From contig NW_003314275.1 in assembly GCF_000143415.4 (NCBI RefSeq), forward strand, positions 186,001 through 250,000: 64,000 bases of DNA. Reading direction: 5' to 3'. The position numbers and the translations under genes are program-made. Under the pieces are notes generated by a model that searched no databases, was not told the origin of the DNA, and was given only the letters and a program-made list of their open reading frames with translations. Positions within the stretch are counted from its first letter, which is position 1. Each line of letters opens with the position of its first letter. Positions 12,745-25,974 of this stretch are shown here, one piece after another. The stretch is from Selaginella moellendorffii. Its lineage: Eukaryota > Plantae > Lycopodiophyta.

Positions 12745-12911
12745 ACTCCACCACCCATAAACGAAGTTCGATGTCCTCATCGAACGGTAAACCATTTTGT
12801 AAAGTAACACTCGCATGTGTTACCATTTCCATCCTTGGCACTCAACCAATATTAGTCTATGGTTTGACATTGAAGGCTCACCATGCCTTATCCATCCTCT
12901 AAGGAGCATAG

Positions 12912-13735
12912 TGTAAGCGAATAAATTTTCCATTCTACTTTAGTCACTTAACCACACCTCCGACCACTTGGAGGAGCCTCAATCACAACCTCCATAAGTC
13001 CAATTCAGGACTTGGGACTAGCTAGCCCCGAGAATGGCATCCATGCCACTCAACATTTGCACTTGGTCCAAGTGCTCCACGTGTCCGATCCCACGACCGA
13101 CACTCAAAGGTACCACCGACATAGCAGCCTGTTACGCTAAGGCCATGCCCAATCACCTTTGCCACACTGGTAGTCCAATACCACTTGCATCACAGTCTTG
13201 GCTCTCCAAGACTAGGTAAACCATCCGTGAGTGGTCATCTCAGATCCACTCTTTAGCATCCTTAGGATGCCCACTGACAAGGGGAATAGCCTTCCCCAAT
13301 ATCCCTCTATCAGTCCCCACTAAGTCCCTTTCTGCCCCTGGCCGTGTTTGCCAACACTGCCACTGGATCGAGTGCCATTGGACCACTAAGTCCCACGGTC
13401 CTCTGGGACTTCCTCACCACACGACTGTGTCCTTGGTCACTACCCTAGAGGACTGCTCCTCTTCCTTTCCACAGTCTGGGCCTTTGGGACAACATTTCGG
13501 AACACCGTGGCCTTACGCGAGCCACCTGGGTACTCTCCTCGCCTTCTGCCCTTGGGTGCTCTAGCCATGGGCTTAGAGCGGGTTCCGTTGAGCCACACCA
13601 GGTATCCAAGTAGGTAGTGCCACCCACACTTGGACTGGGAGCATCGGCCAATCGATCTCCCGGGGGAACTAGAGCCGGCTCTTGAACACTTCACCAAGCT
13701 ACCCCTCTTGTCGGTCCGTGTTCACTCTAGTCTTG
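12912..13735 (-). repeat. Partial LTR of the same family
   Basis: Starts tgtaag...ttagtcacttaaccacacctccgaccacttgg, homologous to 17514-18343. Confidence 0.85.
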
Positions 13736-13744
13736 TTCACTCTA

Positions 13745-15690
13745 ATCACACAAGATGCCTGGCGTGACTCCCCACGCCGGTGCACCAACTTATTTTTAAA
13801 GCGCGCTACAGATCACAGCTTAGGAACCTAGTTCCCCCACACTGCCAAGTCCTCTCACTTGACATATCTGTGATCATGCATGGACTCCTCCATGCTTGGC
13901 CCCATGGGCCACCCTTTTTGAAGTTAGCACCTTCAACTAGGGTATTTGTTCCCCCCAACTTGCCAATCTCACTTAGCAAGTCATTCGGCCACCGTAACAT
14001 GGTTCATGCATAAGCGTGAAAGTCCTTAACCATCAACTTTCGTTCAAAGCCTTCTCTTTGAACACTCGGGAACTACTTCCCTAACCTTGATAGCCTTGCC
14101 TCATGGCAAGCTTCAAGACCACGCTTCTGCTGCGCCACTCTGATTTCGCGCGTTTCTTGAACCATTTACGCTTGGCCTCTCTAGGTACTAAGCTACCTAG
14201 AATCCTCTTTGGGAACCTTGAAGGAACTCTGTCCCTTAGCTTGCTAAGGCCCCCCCTTTTTGCAAGCTTTCCAATTACCATATAGTTTAACATGGACAAT
14301 TCCATATTTTAGACTCTCCATGGCATCACGGTTGCTAGCGGCAACACCCTCGAGCCCCCACTTGATTCTCCACTCCCAGCTGGCATAACCAACCTTGGTT
14401 ATGCCCTTTGATTCCTACGGTTTGGTTCTATCCCCTTACTTCTTGCTTTTTGGCCACCTTGACCAAGCCACACCATCATCAATAGTTCCAATCAACACTT
14501 TGAACTTAGAACTTTATCCCTTAACCTCACAAGGACCTTGTCCTTGTTTTGGCCATAAGATCATCTAGTGATCTAACCTTGGCATCTTAACAGGTTTGCC
14601 AATAGGTACTAGGTCTTCTAGAATTTTAAGTTGTTGACCATGACCCCGGGGGCATCCCCCACACTTGGCGGTGCACCCAAGCCAGCCCATCCGGCCAAGG
14701 GTCCATAGCAACTGAGACCGGGTGTCCCCATCTCATTCACCACGTCCTTGGTGCCACTTGCACCAAAGTTTCCAAGTTAGATATGCCGAGCTTTCACACT
14801 AAACAACTAACCGTGCATCACAACTCCGAAGTATCCCTCGCTTGGCGGTGTGCCCAAACCAGTCTCCCCATTGAGAGTCTATGACCACCGAAATATGAAT
14901 GTCCTCATATTCCAAACCATCACCACGCCCTAGTGAGTTGGGACTTGAACCCAAGCACTAGAGGGTCGGGACTCGAACCCAACTTCCGTATATGCATCTA
15001 CGGACGGCATCACACAAGATGCCTGGCCTGACTCCCCACACCAGTGCACCAACTCATATTTAAAGCGCGCTATAGATCACAGCTTAGGAACCTAGTTCCT
15101 CCACACTGCCAAGTCCTCTCACTTGACATGTCTGTGATCATGCATGAACTCCTCCATGCTTGGCCCCATGGGCCACCCTTTTTGAAGTTAGCACCTTCAA
15201 CTAGGGTATTTGCTCCCCCCGACTTGCCAATCTCACTTAGCAAGTTAGCCGGCCACTGTAACATAGTCCGTGCATAAGCGTGAAAGTCCTCAATCATTGA
15301 CTTTCATTCAAAGCCCTCTCTTTGAACCCTCGGGAACTACTTCCCCAACCTAGATAGCCTCGCCTCATGGCAAGCTTCAAGACCACGCTTCTACTGTGCC
15401 ACTCTGATTTCGCGCGTTCTATGAACCATTTACACTTGGCTTTCTAGGTATCTAGCTACCTAGAACTATCTTTAGGAACCTTTCGAAGGAACTCTGTCCC
15501 TTTAGTTTGCTAAGGCCTCTCCTTTCGCAAGCTTTCCAATTGACATATAGTCTAATATGGATAATTCCACATTTTAGACTTTTCATGGCATCGCGGTTGC
15601 TAGTAACAACATCCTCGAGCACCCTTTTGATTCTCCACTCCCAACTTGCATAACCACCATCGGTTATGCCCTTCGATTTCTATAGTTCAA
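13745..15690. repeat. Internal direct duplication of ~680 bp (13745-14420 vs 15009-15690)
   Basis: Both units start atcacacaagatgcctggc and give near-identical ORF translations. Confidence 0.85.
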
Positions 15691-17498
15691 TTCCATCCTA
15701 ATACTACTTGCCCTTTGGCCTCATATGTTTCCTTTGGTTATTCTCCTCCAGACTAGAAGGATAGCTTTGCACATTCTACCATGCCTTAGCAAGTATTCTT
15801 AGGGATGAATTTACCTAATAGCTTAGGGAGTGGTTCCTCAATTTGGGCATGCTCACCTTATAATCCCACACACCGGGATTACCGTTGCTGCTTATGGGCC
15901 TCCATATGCCCATCACTAGCGTTGCCAAAATCTCATTTTTGGCTTTGTCCAATTCGGGTAGACAGTCTTCTCCTGTCTCCGCAACCTTGGACATTTGGAT
16001 AACACCTTCTATCCATCATTCGCTAGGGACTTAGTCCCTTGGGCCTTATCTATTGCCCTTGCGACCTCAAACACCACCTCCTGGTGTTCTAGAGTGTTTA
16101 AGTGTCCCAATGATGGCCTCCGTGACAATGAGCATTTCCTTTATGACATTGATTTACTATATTGCAACATAAGCAGTTTTTCCCCCATAAGGGTATATCA
16201 AACTTTCTTATCCCAACAAAAGGTCTTAGGTAGTTACCTTCTACCAATTTAACCAATTATTTTGCACCTTTTGCTTAGTTGTCTCATAGTCGTCAAGTCC
16301 TACAACTCATTGTTGGTGCTTTCACACCTCCATCATTATTTGGGTCACCACACTTTAACCGCATGCCTTCCAGCTTACGCTATGCCATTCCCATTTCCAT
16401 TGGGATTCCTTTGAAAGGGGTTCTCATTAACCCACCAACTTGACCTCAAGGCAGCACGCCTTGGCACATTCGGTGTTTCCACACCATCAGCTCCATGAGC
16501 CTACCTCTAAGACACTTCCTATTGGTGTCTAGGTCTTTTGCCAAGACCAATATGGTTGCATCTTATGCCAATTATCCATTAGCACTGCACCATAGAGTCC
16601 ACGCACAACTTTGTATCAAAGTTGTTTTCTTTCGGGAAACCCTTTCCCACAACTTTAGCATGGCACCTTCTGCCATCAATGAAATACACACTGTTCTCAT
16701 GCTTGGATCTCAAGATCCTCCCCATCCTTCATGGGGCACCACACACCTCAGTCCAAATGCTTCCATCAATCCCTTAGGATTATTCCTTGACGCCATTAGA
16801 GTCATCAGACTTTTTGGACTTTGCTATTCTGACGACCCATGAGGTCCTACTTTTGAGGTGCTAGCTCACTGGAATACAACTCCTTGTATTCATGTCCTAA
16901 TCACAAGGACTATTTTTGCAAGTGTTATTCCGACACTTGATTGTTCTCTAGGGGCAACCTTTTGCCCCTTATGACCACTTGTCCATGTGATGAGAATACC
17001 AACTCATCCTCTAAGCACACCCCCAACTTCTTGGGTTGTTCCAGCATTTATTAGAGGTAGCCCCAGCTACCATTTCAAGGATTTGTGTCCTCATCCATAC
17101 TTGACCTATTCTGGTCTCAAATTCATGAGCACCAACCTCAACTATATGAGGATAATCTTGCGACTCCTTTCTTGTTTTGGAGTCTCTATCTTTCCCGTGA
17201 TCCCAACTATAGTTGTTTACCACAACTATATTAGCCCATTTGCTGCATCAAACACTCATCTGGATCATATCCTCAACTCTCTGAGGAAACCTTTATACTG
17301 TTCCCAAGATCCCAAAGTCGTTCCTTTACTGGCCTTTTCCATCCACCACATTGCGCATAAGTTCACGCGTGAACTTGAGTGGAGAGCCATGTCTTCCCGA
17401 CTTGCTACTCCTCAAGGATAGGCCCACTCCTCGGACCTTCTGATGCCAACACTAGTGGTGATATACTTGAGCACCAATAAAAGTCAGACTAAGGAACA

Positions 17499-17510
17499 GC
17501 TCCGATACCA
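17499..17510 (-). other. Primer-binding site (tRNA-iMet type, TGGTATCGGAGC)
   Basis: Lies 3 nt from the LTR terminus at 17514. Confidence 0.85.
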
Positions 17511-17513
17511 AAG

Positions 17514-19440
17514 TGTAAGAGACTAAATTTTTCCATTTTACCTTAGTCACTTAACCACACCTCCGACCACTTGGAGGAGTCTCATTCACAACCTCCATAG
17601 GTCCCATTTAGGACTTGGGGCATGCTAGCCCCAAGAATGGCTTCCAAGCCACTCAACCTTTGCACTTGGTCCAAGTGCTCCATGTGTCCAATCCCATAAC
17701 CAACACCCCAAGGTACCCCCGACATATCGGCCCATTACGCTAAGGCCATGCCCATTCACCTTGGTCACACCGGTGGTCTAACGCCACCTACACTATAGTC
17801 TCGTCTCTCAAAGACTGGGCCATCCGTCCATGAGTGATCATCCCAGATCTACTCTTTAGCATCCTTAGGATGCCCACAGGCATGGGGAATAGCCTTCCTC
17901 GACAACCCTTTTACAGTCTCCACCAAGTCCCTTTTTGTCCATGGCCATGTTCACCAACATTGCCATTAGATCAAGGCCCGCAGGCCCGACCTCTAAGTCC
18001 CACTATCCTTTGGGACTTCCTCACCATGTGACCATATCCTCGGTCACTGCACTAGAGGACAACTCCTCTTCCCTTTCATCGTTTGGGCCTTTGGAACAAC
18101 ATTTCGGAACACCGTGGCTTTACGCAAGCCGCATGGGTACTCTCCCTGCCTTTCGCCTTTAGGTGCTCTAGCCATGGGCTTAGAGCAAGGTTCTGTTGAG
18201 CCACACCAGGTATCCAAGTAGGTAGTGCCACCCACACTTGGACTGGGAGCATCAGCCAGTCGATCTCCCGGGGGAACTAGAGCCGACTCTTGAATACTTC
18301 ACCAAGCTACCTCGCTTGTCGGTGCGTATTCACTCTAGTCTTGGACTTCCTAGTGGTTAGCTCATCACCCAACACTGGGTATGGCCTTCCTGGGCCCAAC
18401 TGGCCTTTCCTGGGCCAAACTGGCTCCACTGCAGTCCTCCCCCTACTATACTTTTGGGGCTCACCAAACCCCCCAGGGTCTGGGAGACGAACGCTTTGGG
18501 CTTTCACCCTCTCAGGCTCCGGACTCGGACTCGGACTCGGACTCGGACTCGGACTCGGACTCGGATTCGGGCTCGGACTCGGGCTCGGGCTCGGGCTCGG
18601 TCTCGGCCTCGGCCTCGGTCTCGGTCTCGGTCCCGATCTCGGTCTCGGTCTCGGTCTCGGTCCCGGTCTCGGTCCCGGTCTCAGTCTCGACTTCGGACTC
18701 CATCTCGGNNNNNNNNNNNNNNNNNNNNNNNNNNNNNNNNNNNNNNNNNNNNNNNNNNNNNNNNNNNNNNNNNNNNNNNNNNNNNNNNNNNNNNNNNNNN
18801 NNNNNNNNNNNNNNNNNNNNNNNNNNNNNNNNNNNNNNNNNNNNNNNNNNNNNNNNNNNNNNNNNNNNNNNNNNNNNNNNNNNNNNNNNNNNNNNNNNNN
18901 NNNNNNNNNNNNNNNNNNNNNNNNNNNNNNNNNNNNNNNNNNCCACCTCGGAGTCCATCTTGGACTCCATCTCGGACTCCATCTCGGGTCCATCTCGAGT
19001 CCACCTCGGGTCCATCTCGGGTCCATCTCAGGTCCACCTCGGACTCCATCTCGGACTCCATCTCGGACTCCATCTCAGGTCCATCTCGGACTCCATCTCG
19101 GGTCCATCTCAGGTCCATCTCGGACTCCATCTCGGACTCCATCTCGGGTCCATCTCGGACTCCATTTCGGACTCCACTTCGGACCCCAACTCAGGTCTAT
19201 CTCAGACACTTCCACGTGTCATGTGTTGGTCCTTTTTGGGTCCCTTTTTGGAGCCTCGCTTATTGCTTGCTTCGTGCTTGTTCCTCGAGCACTTCGTTGG
19301 GAGTTCCACTCCCACTCTCGACCTTTTCAAGTCAAAGCTTTTAGTCCAAACGTGTTACGCTCGTTTGGCTTTCGCTTCGGCCACTACCACGTGGCGCCCT
19401 TTCGGCTCCACTTTGGGGCCTAGGGATTTTGTGTCTCACA
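17514..19440 (-). repeat. 5' LTR (~1.9 kb) with hexamer and dodecamer microsatellite; assembly gap at 18709-18942
   Basis: TG...CA termini, adjacent PBS, homology to the two partial LTRs. Confidence 0.85.
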
Positions 19441-20244
19441 GCCCCCTAGCATTTCATATCAATCTCCACCTCCATCCCCAAGTTCTACCAACATTCCACC
19501 TTCACCTCCACATAACAATCTTTTTTCTGCTGAGGGCTCTAGTGAAGTTGAACTAGAGCTCCCTATATGTGAAATTCCGAATCTTACTACTAGAGAGGGA
19601 TTGCCTCCAGCACTTCAAGAGCAATGCCACATGTTTTTGCAAGATCTTGCTTTTGACATGGCAGGACTACTTGAAAGCACAGAACGCTATTACATTCGGT
19701 GTCCAATATACTACTTTTTCTTGGACAAGACAAATGGCTCTATAGGTTTACAAACTTTTCTTGAGCACTATAGGAATTGCCCAACGGCGGATCTGGAAAA
19801 TGTGCACGTGTGGATGTACAATAGATAGAAAAAGTATTACATACAATTGTTTACAAAATGTTGAAGGAGGAGATGGCAACACACAAGTGCTACAAAGTGA
19901 TGGTGACAGGTGAGAATGATAATTTGCAATTATGATATCTGACACTAACACTGACATCTGACAATTTTACTGATATCTGACACTTTCACTGACATCTAAC
20001 ATATAATAAGCTTTCTATTTTATGTAAGGATGCAATTAACTTTCTTTTGCCTCATCATCAACATAATGATTTATTTTATACTTCCTCATATATTGGTATT
20101 GTGGGGAAGATTCATCTTGCATATGTTGAGTTATGGCTTCTGCATAGTCAGGGAGACTTCCAAAGCCTCCAATTCTAGAAACTCCAGGTGACTGTGATCT
20201 ATAAAATAGAATTAAACATATATTGAAATTTTAATAAACATAAT

Positions 20245-23200
20245 TTACCTCCTTGAGTTTGGAGGCAACTCACGAAATCCTCTAAGCCAGCGTTTGAAGA
20301 AATGATGTTTTTCAATAGCAAACACTGATTTACCAGAGTCACGTGCTACCTCCACCATAGAATCACTACCTGCTATGCAATCAATCACAACACCATCTGG
20401 TGGGCAATAGAGCTCAAGCAAGACTTGCATTGCTGATAGAGTTCGAAATCGGTACCCTGGAAACGTGTTGCGGATCTGCTCATCCACAAGGTTGGGTATG
20501 ATGTTAGTGGAACTGTCATACCCAGGCAAAACACGTGCTGCACGTTCGCTATCATGAAACCCATCATATGTGTTTTTGCAAAAGGCATGATAGGTCCACA
20601 TCATAACCTGGAAAATAAAAATGTTTAGAAATTAGATAAAAATATAAAATACATACTCACCTTTTCAGGCTTCCCTTGGACACCCCTCGTATCAACGTCA
20701 ATAGGATCCAGGATGCACCCAAAAGAGAATGACTTGAAATGAACTTCTACTGCACACGTCATAAGCTTATACATCCAGTTGGGGTCGTTTGGTAGGATGA
20801 AGACGACATGGCCAGCTTCGAGCATAAATGCTTCAGACAATAGGAATGCATTGCGTATGTGGTCAGGTGTGAGAAAGTTCCAATCCTCAACTTTCCCATT
20901 GATATCTGAAAGACCATCTGGAAAGTCGAAGAAAATGAAGTCCGCAACTGGGAGCAAAGGCCTTTGTATCCTTCAGCACCAACAGTTGAACTGGCACCGT
21001 ATATCCATGTTGATGTCATCTTCCATGAAAGATGTCAACAATCTACTATAAGAGCCAATGAAGATACCCACAATGCCTCGTTGTGTTATTAAGGACACAT
21101 GACGGACCTATAAAAGAGCTAAGTGAATGAAAAAAGCAATAAATAGTATGCTACTGTCATATAGCGTGTTGTCGATGAGAGTTCCTCCAACTCTTCTTCA
21201 CAAGCATCTCATCGAGCTGGAATGAAATTACTACCAACAGTCATTGCTGTAAAAAACATGTATTACCACCTTTAGTTTGTAAAATTCACTTTTGCTTACC
21301 TCGAGGTCGACATGATATTCTATGAACCACTTGATCATCGTTATTTACTGGTAGAACCTGATCCAAATCTTGGTTGTTTGATGGTTGAATTGGAGCTTGA
21401 TCCTGGCTGTCTGGTGGTGGAACACGAACTTCATCTGGAGCTTCCTCATCTTTGTCTCCATCGTCACTTGCATTGCTATCGTTGTTAGCATTGACAACTT
21501 CCTTGCGATCTAGTGTAGAGGTCTCCTTCCCTAGGAGCTCCAACTCCCAAGGGCATTCTATCTTCCATGCCTTCGGAACTCTTGCAAACATTGTTGGGTA
21601 CATTCCTCCATCCCTTACACCTTTTGCAACAAGTTGAGTGCAAACTGGTGCCTCAAATGGCATGCCTCTATATCGAAGATACCTATAAACAATATATATT
21701 AAAAAACAGTCTTAGAAATCATATTATACTTGTAAGTTGCACATCGCATGAAATAAGGTTGACCATGTTGGCAATCATAAGCTGTTGTGCTTGTAGACTT
21801 CTTTGGCAGCCACCCCTCTTTGATCCCTTCCAATGACGTGTTGATGTAGGTGTCGAAAGACATGAATGTGTTATCTGGATCGTCACCAATGTGTGGTGCC
21901 AAGAACTTCTCACATTCACTTATAGTTTGCGTGATGTAGACAGCCCTTTTCATCATGTTCTCAAATAGTTCTGGCAGTCTTTTCTCTCTGTTCATCAAAC
22001 AGACATTGAGGAACTTCAGGGTCTCTATCTGTTGCTTATATAGAAGCTTTGATTTTGCGATATTGTAAATCATGTCATCTGGAGTTTTGTTCACTGCAAA
22101 AGTAACATATGCATAATTGAGAAAAATGAAGTGTGATAAGAAATTTACATTCATGAGAAGAAATTTCAGCTATAGTCTCTAGCCACTCCTTCGGCTTGTG
22201 ATTGTTTGCAATGCATACTAGTTTCTTCAACTTTGAAGACTTTGCATGTTGCATTTTGTGCTCAATTTGTACGAACTCAGTAGAGAGCTCTTCCCGACTC
22301 TTCTCTGGATATGCAAGTTTGTAAGCATCTTGCTTGAGCTTCACCAAAGGCTAAAAACCAAAATAATTATAAGAAACTTTTATAAAATAAAAGGGAAAGA
22401 CATACCTTACACCACACAACGAGCATAAAATTGATTGGGTTGTTGAACCAAGTTGTACCATCATTTCGAGTGTGTGACTACCAAATAAGTGTTGCAAGAT
22501 TGTCCATAACATCGAGCAACTTCGATTTTTGGCAGACTTGAGTGAGGATGACATCTGCCAACATTATGGTGAAGGTTTTGTTTTTGAACAGCAAACTGCC
22601 CAAGCCTACATTTAAACACAACAAAACAAGTTATAGTGGAGTTAGAGGTAAACTATAAAACTTACGCATTGATCTTTTGGCAGGCCAAGATAAGTCTATT
22701 GACATCGAAAGGTCCCCTTGTGTAGACATGGCTGACTGGAACATTGATATGGTAGACAGGATCATTGCAAAAATGATCGTCGATACACTTCATCCAAGCT
22801 CCATATCGGTGGTTACCATCAATAATTTGGAACATTGTCCCCGCAAGCTGTCGAGTCTCAGGATGTCTGATAAGCATGTCATCAAATTCTAGGGACTTCC
22901 TCCTCCAAATAGAATCCTAGCTATTCACAATCTCGGGTGTGACGGTAATGATCTCCGTTGTTCCTGGCTTGCAAAAAGAGACTAAAAACATACCGATATT
23001 TGTTGCAAGGCCATTCTGTTTGAACAAGCTGTATATATTTGGGTTGACATACTTGGATGCTATGCGGACAAGGTTCGTCTGCTACAAATGGCAAAGTGGG
23101 ATTTCTCTAATCAAGTCACAAGGGCCTGGCCACTTGAGTGCCTCAAGTGTTTGGTGAACTACTTTTTCCCTTGTCCGCATAATAGTCTCTTGGAAGCGCT

Positions 23201-23714
23201 TGTCCACCACATTGTCAGGAAGGTCTGCAACTCTTTCAGCTCCAGGCTGTTCCTTAGGTTCCCTATCATGAACACCACTAGATTGCCCAACTTCAGGGAT
23301 TTGTGCTGGTGGTGGGCCAGTGAGGAGTAAAGGTGGAGGTGGCAGTGGTGATGGTGGGGGTGGTGGTGGTGGCGATGGTGGCGGGGGCAGAGGCAATAGT
23401 GGTAGTGGTGGTGGCAATGGTGGTGGTGGCGGTGGCGATAGTGGTGGTGGAGGTGGTGATGGAGGTGGTGGAGGTGGCGATGGTGGTGGTGGAGGTGGTG
23501 ATGGCGGAGGTGATGGTGGTGGAGGCGGTGAATCTCTAAGTAAATGTGTTTCTGTTGTGCCAATGGACATGTCGATCATGATGTCATCGTCAGTGCCGAA
23601 TTGAACTTCTCGTGTCTTCTTGGCTCCAACAACCTTTTTATGTGTTACAATTTTCCTTTTTTGCAAGGGAAAATTTTTTTTAGTCAAACTAAATAAAGAT
23701 AATAAGAAATTCAA
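20245..23714 (-). pseudogene. Family-2 ParB-MTase gene (multi-exon, in-frame stops): poly-Pro N-terminus, ParB/Srx domain, beta-class N6A/N4C DNA methyltransferase-like domain
   Basis: FQIIDGNHRYGAW (IIDGNHR at 22806-22826). ADFIFFDFPDG (motif IV-like) lies before LLELYCPPDGVVIDCIAGSDSMVEVARDSGKSVFAIEK (motif X-I-II-like). TAG stops near 23082 and 22920. Confidence 0.8.
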
Positions 23715-23752
23715 ACAGTCAAAGAGAAAGAAAAATCAAGTGGGCCTAGACT

Positions 23753-24624
23753 CCACCTCGGGCACTTTAGAGGCCAAAGGGGTTGAGGTTATTTGAATAA
23801 CCTCGGCCCCTGGGCAGCCAAAGTGCCTGAGGTGGCCGGCCTGAGTTCGACCTTGGGCAGTTTTGCTGCCCGAGGGACCGAGGTTATTCAAATAACTTTA
23901 GCCCCTTGGCCAGAAAAACTGCCCGAGATGGCCAGCTCGGGCTCAACCTCACCACCCGAGGGGTTGAGGTTATTCANNNNNNNNNNNNNNNNNNNNNNNN
24001 NNNNNNNNNNNNNNNNNNNNNNNNNNNNNNNNNNNNNNNNNNNNNNNNNNNNNNNNNNNNNNNNNNNNNNNNNNNNGCAGGAATTTTATGCGAATCGGTG
24101 TTACGGAGGGCACAATTAATCCTGGCATGATCAAGGAATCTGGAAGTAAAAATGCTACCGAGGCTGAGTTTCGAGTTGATTGCTTCTATTTCCATTTTTT
24201 TCGTCTTGCTTCTTTCAGCAATGCTGCTTTCGGGCGAGCCACTTCGGGCAGTTTTGCTATCCGAGGGACCGAGGTTATTTGAATAACCTCAGCCCCTCGG
24301 GTAGCAAAATTGCCAGAGGTGGCTGGCCCACACTAGACCTCGGGCAATTTGGCCACCCGAGGGGCCAAGGTTATTCAAATAACCTTGGCCTCTCGGCCAG
24401 CAAAACTGCCCGAGGTGGCCAGCTTGGGCTCAACCTTGGGCAGTTTAGCCACCCGAGGGGCTGAGGTTATTCAAATAACCTCGGTCCCTCGGCTAGCAAA
24501 ACTGCCCGAAGTGGCTCGCCCTAAAGAAGCAATCAAGAAAGAAGCAAGAAGAAAAAAATGGAAATAGAAGCAATCAAATCGAAACTCAGCCTCGGTAGCA
24601 TTTTTCCTTCCTGATTTCTTGATC
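23753..24624. repeat. Tandem array of ~96-bp palindromic units with core GAGGTTATTYRAATAACCTC; right part inside a ~500-bp inverted repeat (24129-24624); gap at 23977-24076
   Basis: Cores at 23785, 23880, 23966, 24271, 24367 and 24463. Confidence 0.92.
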
Positions 24625-25974
24625 GTGCTAGATTTCTTGTGCGCTCAATCTCTCCCACTCGCACGCTCAATCTCTCCAGCTCACGCGCTCAATCTCTCCA
24701 TCTTTTCCGTGCTCAATCGCTCGATCTCCTTCACACTCAATCCCTCGATCAATCCCTCAATCTCCTTTGCGCTCAATCTCTCAATCTCTCGCATGCTTTT
24801 TTTCTCTTTTGTGGGGATGAACAACCGTCGCTCCACTCACGGTGCGAACAGTAACCTAATCTTGGCAGCTACCCTAACCCTAATCCTGATGGCTGCCCTA
24901 ACCCTAACCAGTCTCTCATCCTGGCTGTTCATTCCGAATAACCTAAATCTCAACTATCACAATATCTTTGATCTTATTTTATCTTATCATTATTATTATA
25001 TGTAAATTATGCTTCTTTATTTTGTATATTTTAATGATGATATAACTAGCACCTATCAACATTTCTGTTATTAGAGATATGATATTATATTTTACAAATT
25101 ATCTAGAAAGGATGCATTCTCATCAATATTTTGTACATATTTTGGAATCGTTAGAAGAACTTTAAAGAGTATAAATAAGGCACGTTAAATATATTGTACT
25201 ATATCGATCTATGAATGGATGAATCCTCATCCAGAAATTTATTTTGTGTTGTATTAGATCCTAAACAATAGGCACATGCTAAATGTCATTGAGCAGTGTT
25301 CACAATTATGGATAAAACTTGAGTTGTACTACGAATCAAATCTGTCAGTGAAGAATAAGAATTGACAAGATTTATTATCAAGATTTATTATCATCTACCA
25401 CTTAAAATTTGACAACTTGACATATCACACGTACTAACGTCAAATTGGATTTATTTTTTTGACACGCTATAGTAGAATGTCATTACTGGTATCATTATTA
25501 ACTATCAAACTTCATGTGCTGAAAATCTTTCCTTGGATCTATGTGTATACATGCATCAAACATCATAATAGATAATAATAATATTAATATTGTCACACTT
25601 GAACATGTTAAATTATTTATAGAATTTAAATTCATTTTGTATGTTGTCTTCTTATTACTCTATTTAAATTTTAATTATGTTTCACTATGGATTTTTACAA
25701 GTAGCATAAAGAGAGAGAACTCCAAAACCTATTGAGAAGGATGGAGAGGTTTCTTCTTCATTTTCAAGATCACCCACTTCTTTCATTCTCTCAGAGTATT
25801 GTTTTTGAAAGTTTTCTATGTTGGTGTTTTGATCTTCGTCTTGGCTCTATTTCTTTAGAGGCTGTGATTCGCAATGACACTGGTATAGTTGCATACTCAG
25901 AGTTTCTTCTTTCTGGTGTGGGCGAGGGTGGACAACAATGGGATTTATAGAATTTCAAGTCGAAGGAGATTCGA

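Larger units (their letters stand above)
11787..19440 (-). mobile_element. Rearranged, apparently non-autonomous LTR retroelement (LARD-like), probably self-nested
   Basis: Full ~1.9-kb LTR at 17514-19440 (TG...CA) with a tRNA-Met PBS at 17499-17510. Truncated 3' LTR at 11787-12744 next to a purine-rich tract on the minus strand (12745-12758). A third partial LTR at 12912-13735. No recognisable pol. Confidence 0.75.

Noticed and set aside
11959-12902. Long RS-rich and HLGS-rich ORFs (also 18290-19556)
   Set aside because: Stop-free translations of LTR microsatellites and N runs.
23320-23604. Gly-rich ORF on the plus strand
   Set aside because: Reverse complement of the poly-Pro tract of the family-2 gene.
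23753-24520. CRISPR-like array (regularly spaced palindromic repeats)
   Set aside because: The intervening sequences are themselves repeated rather than unique spacers, there are no cas genes, and the context is eukaryotic.
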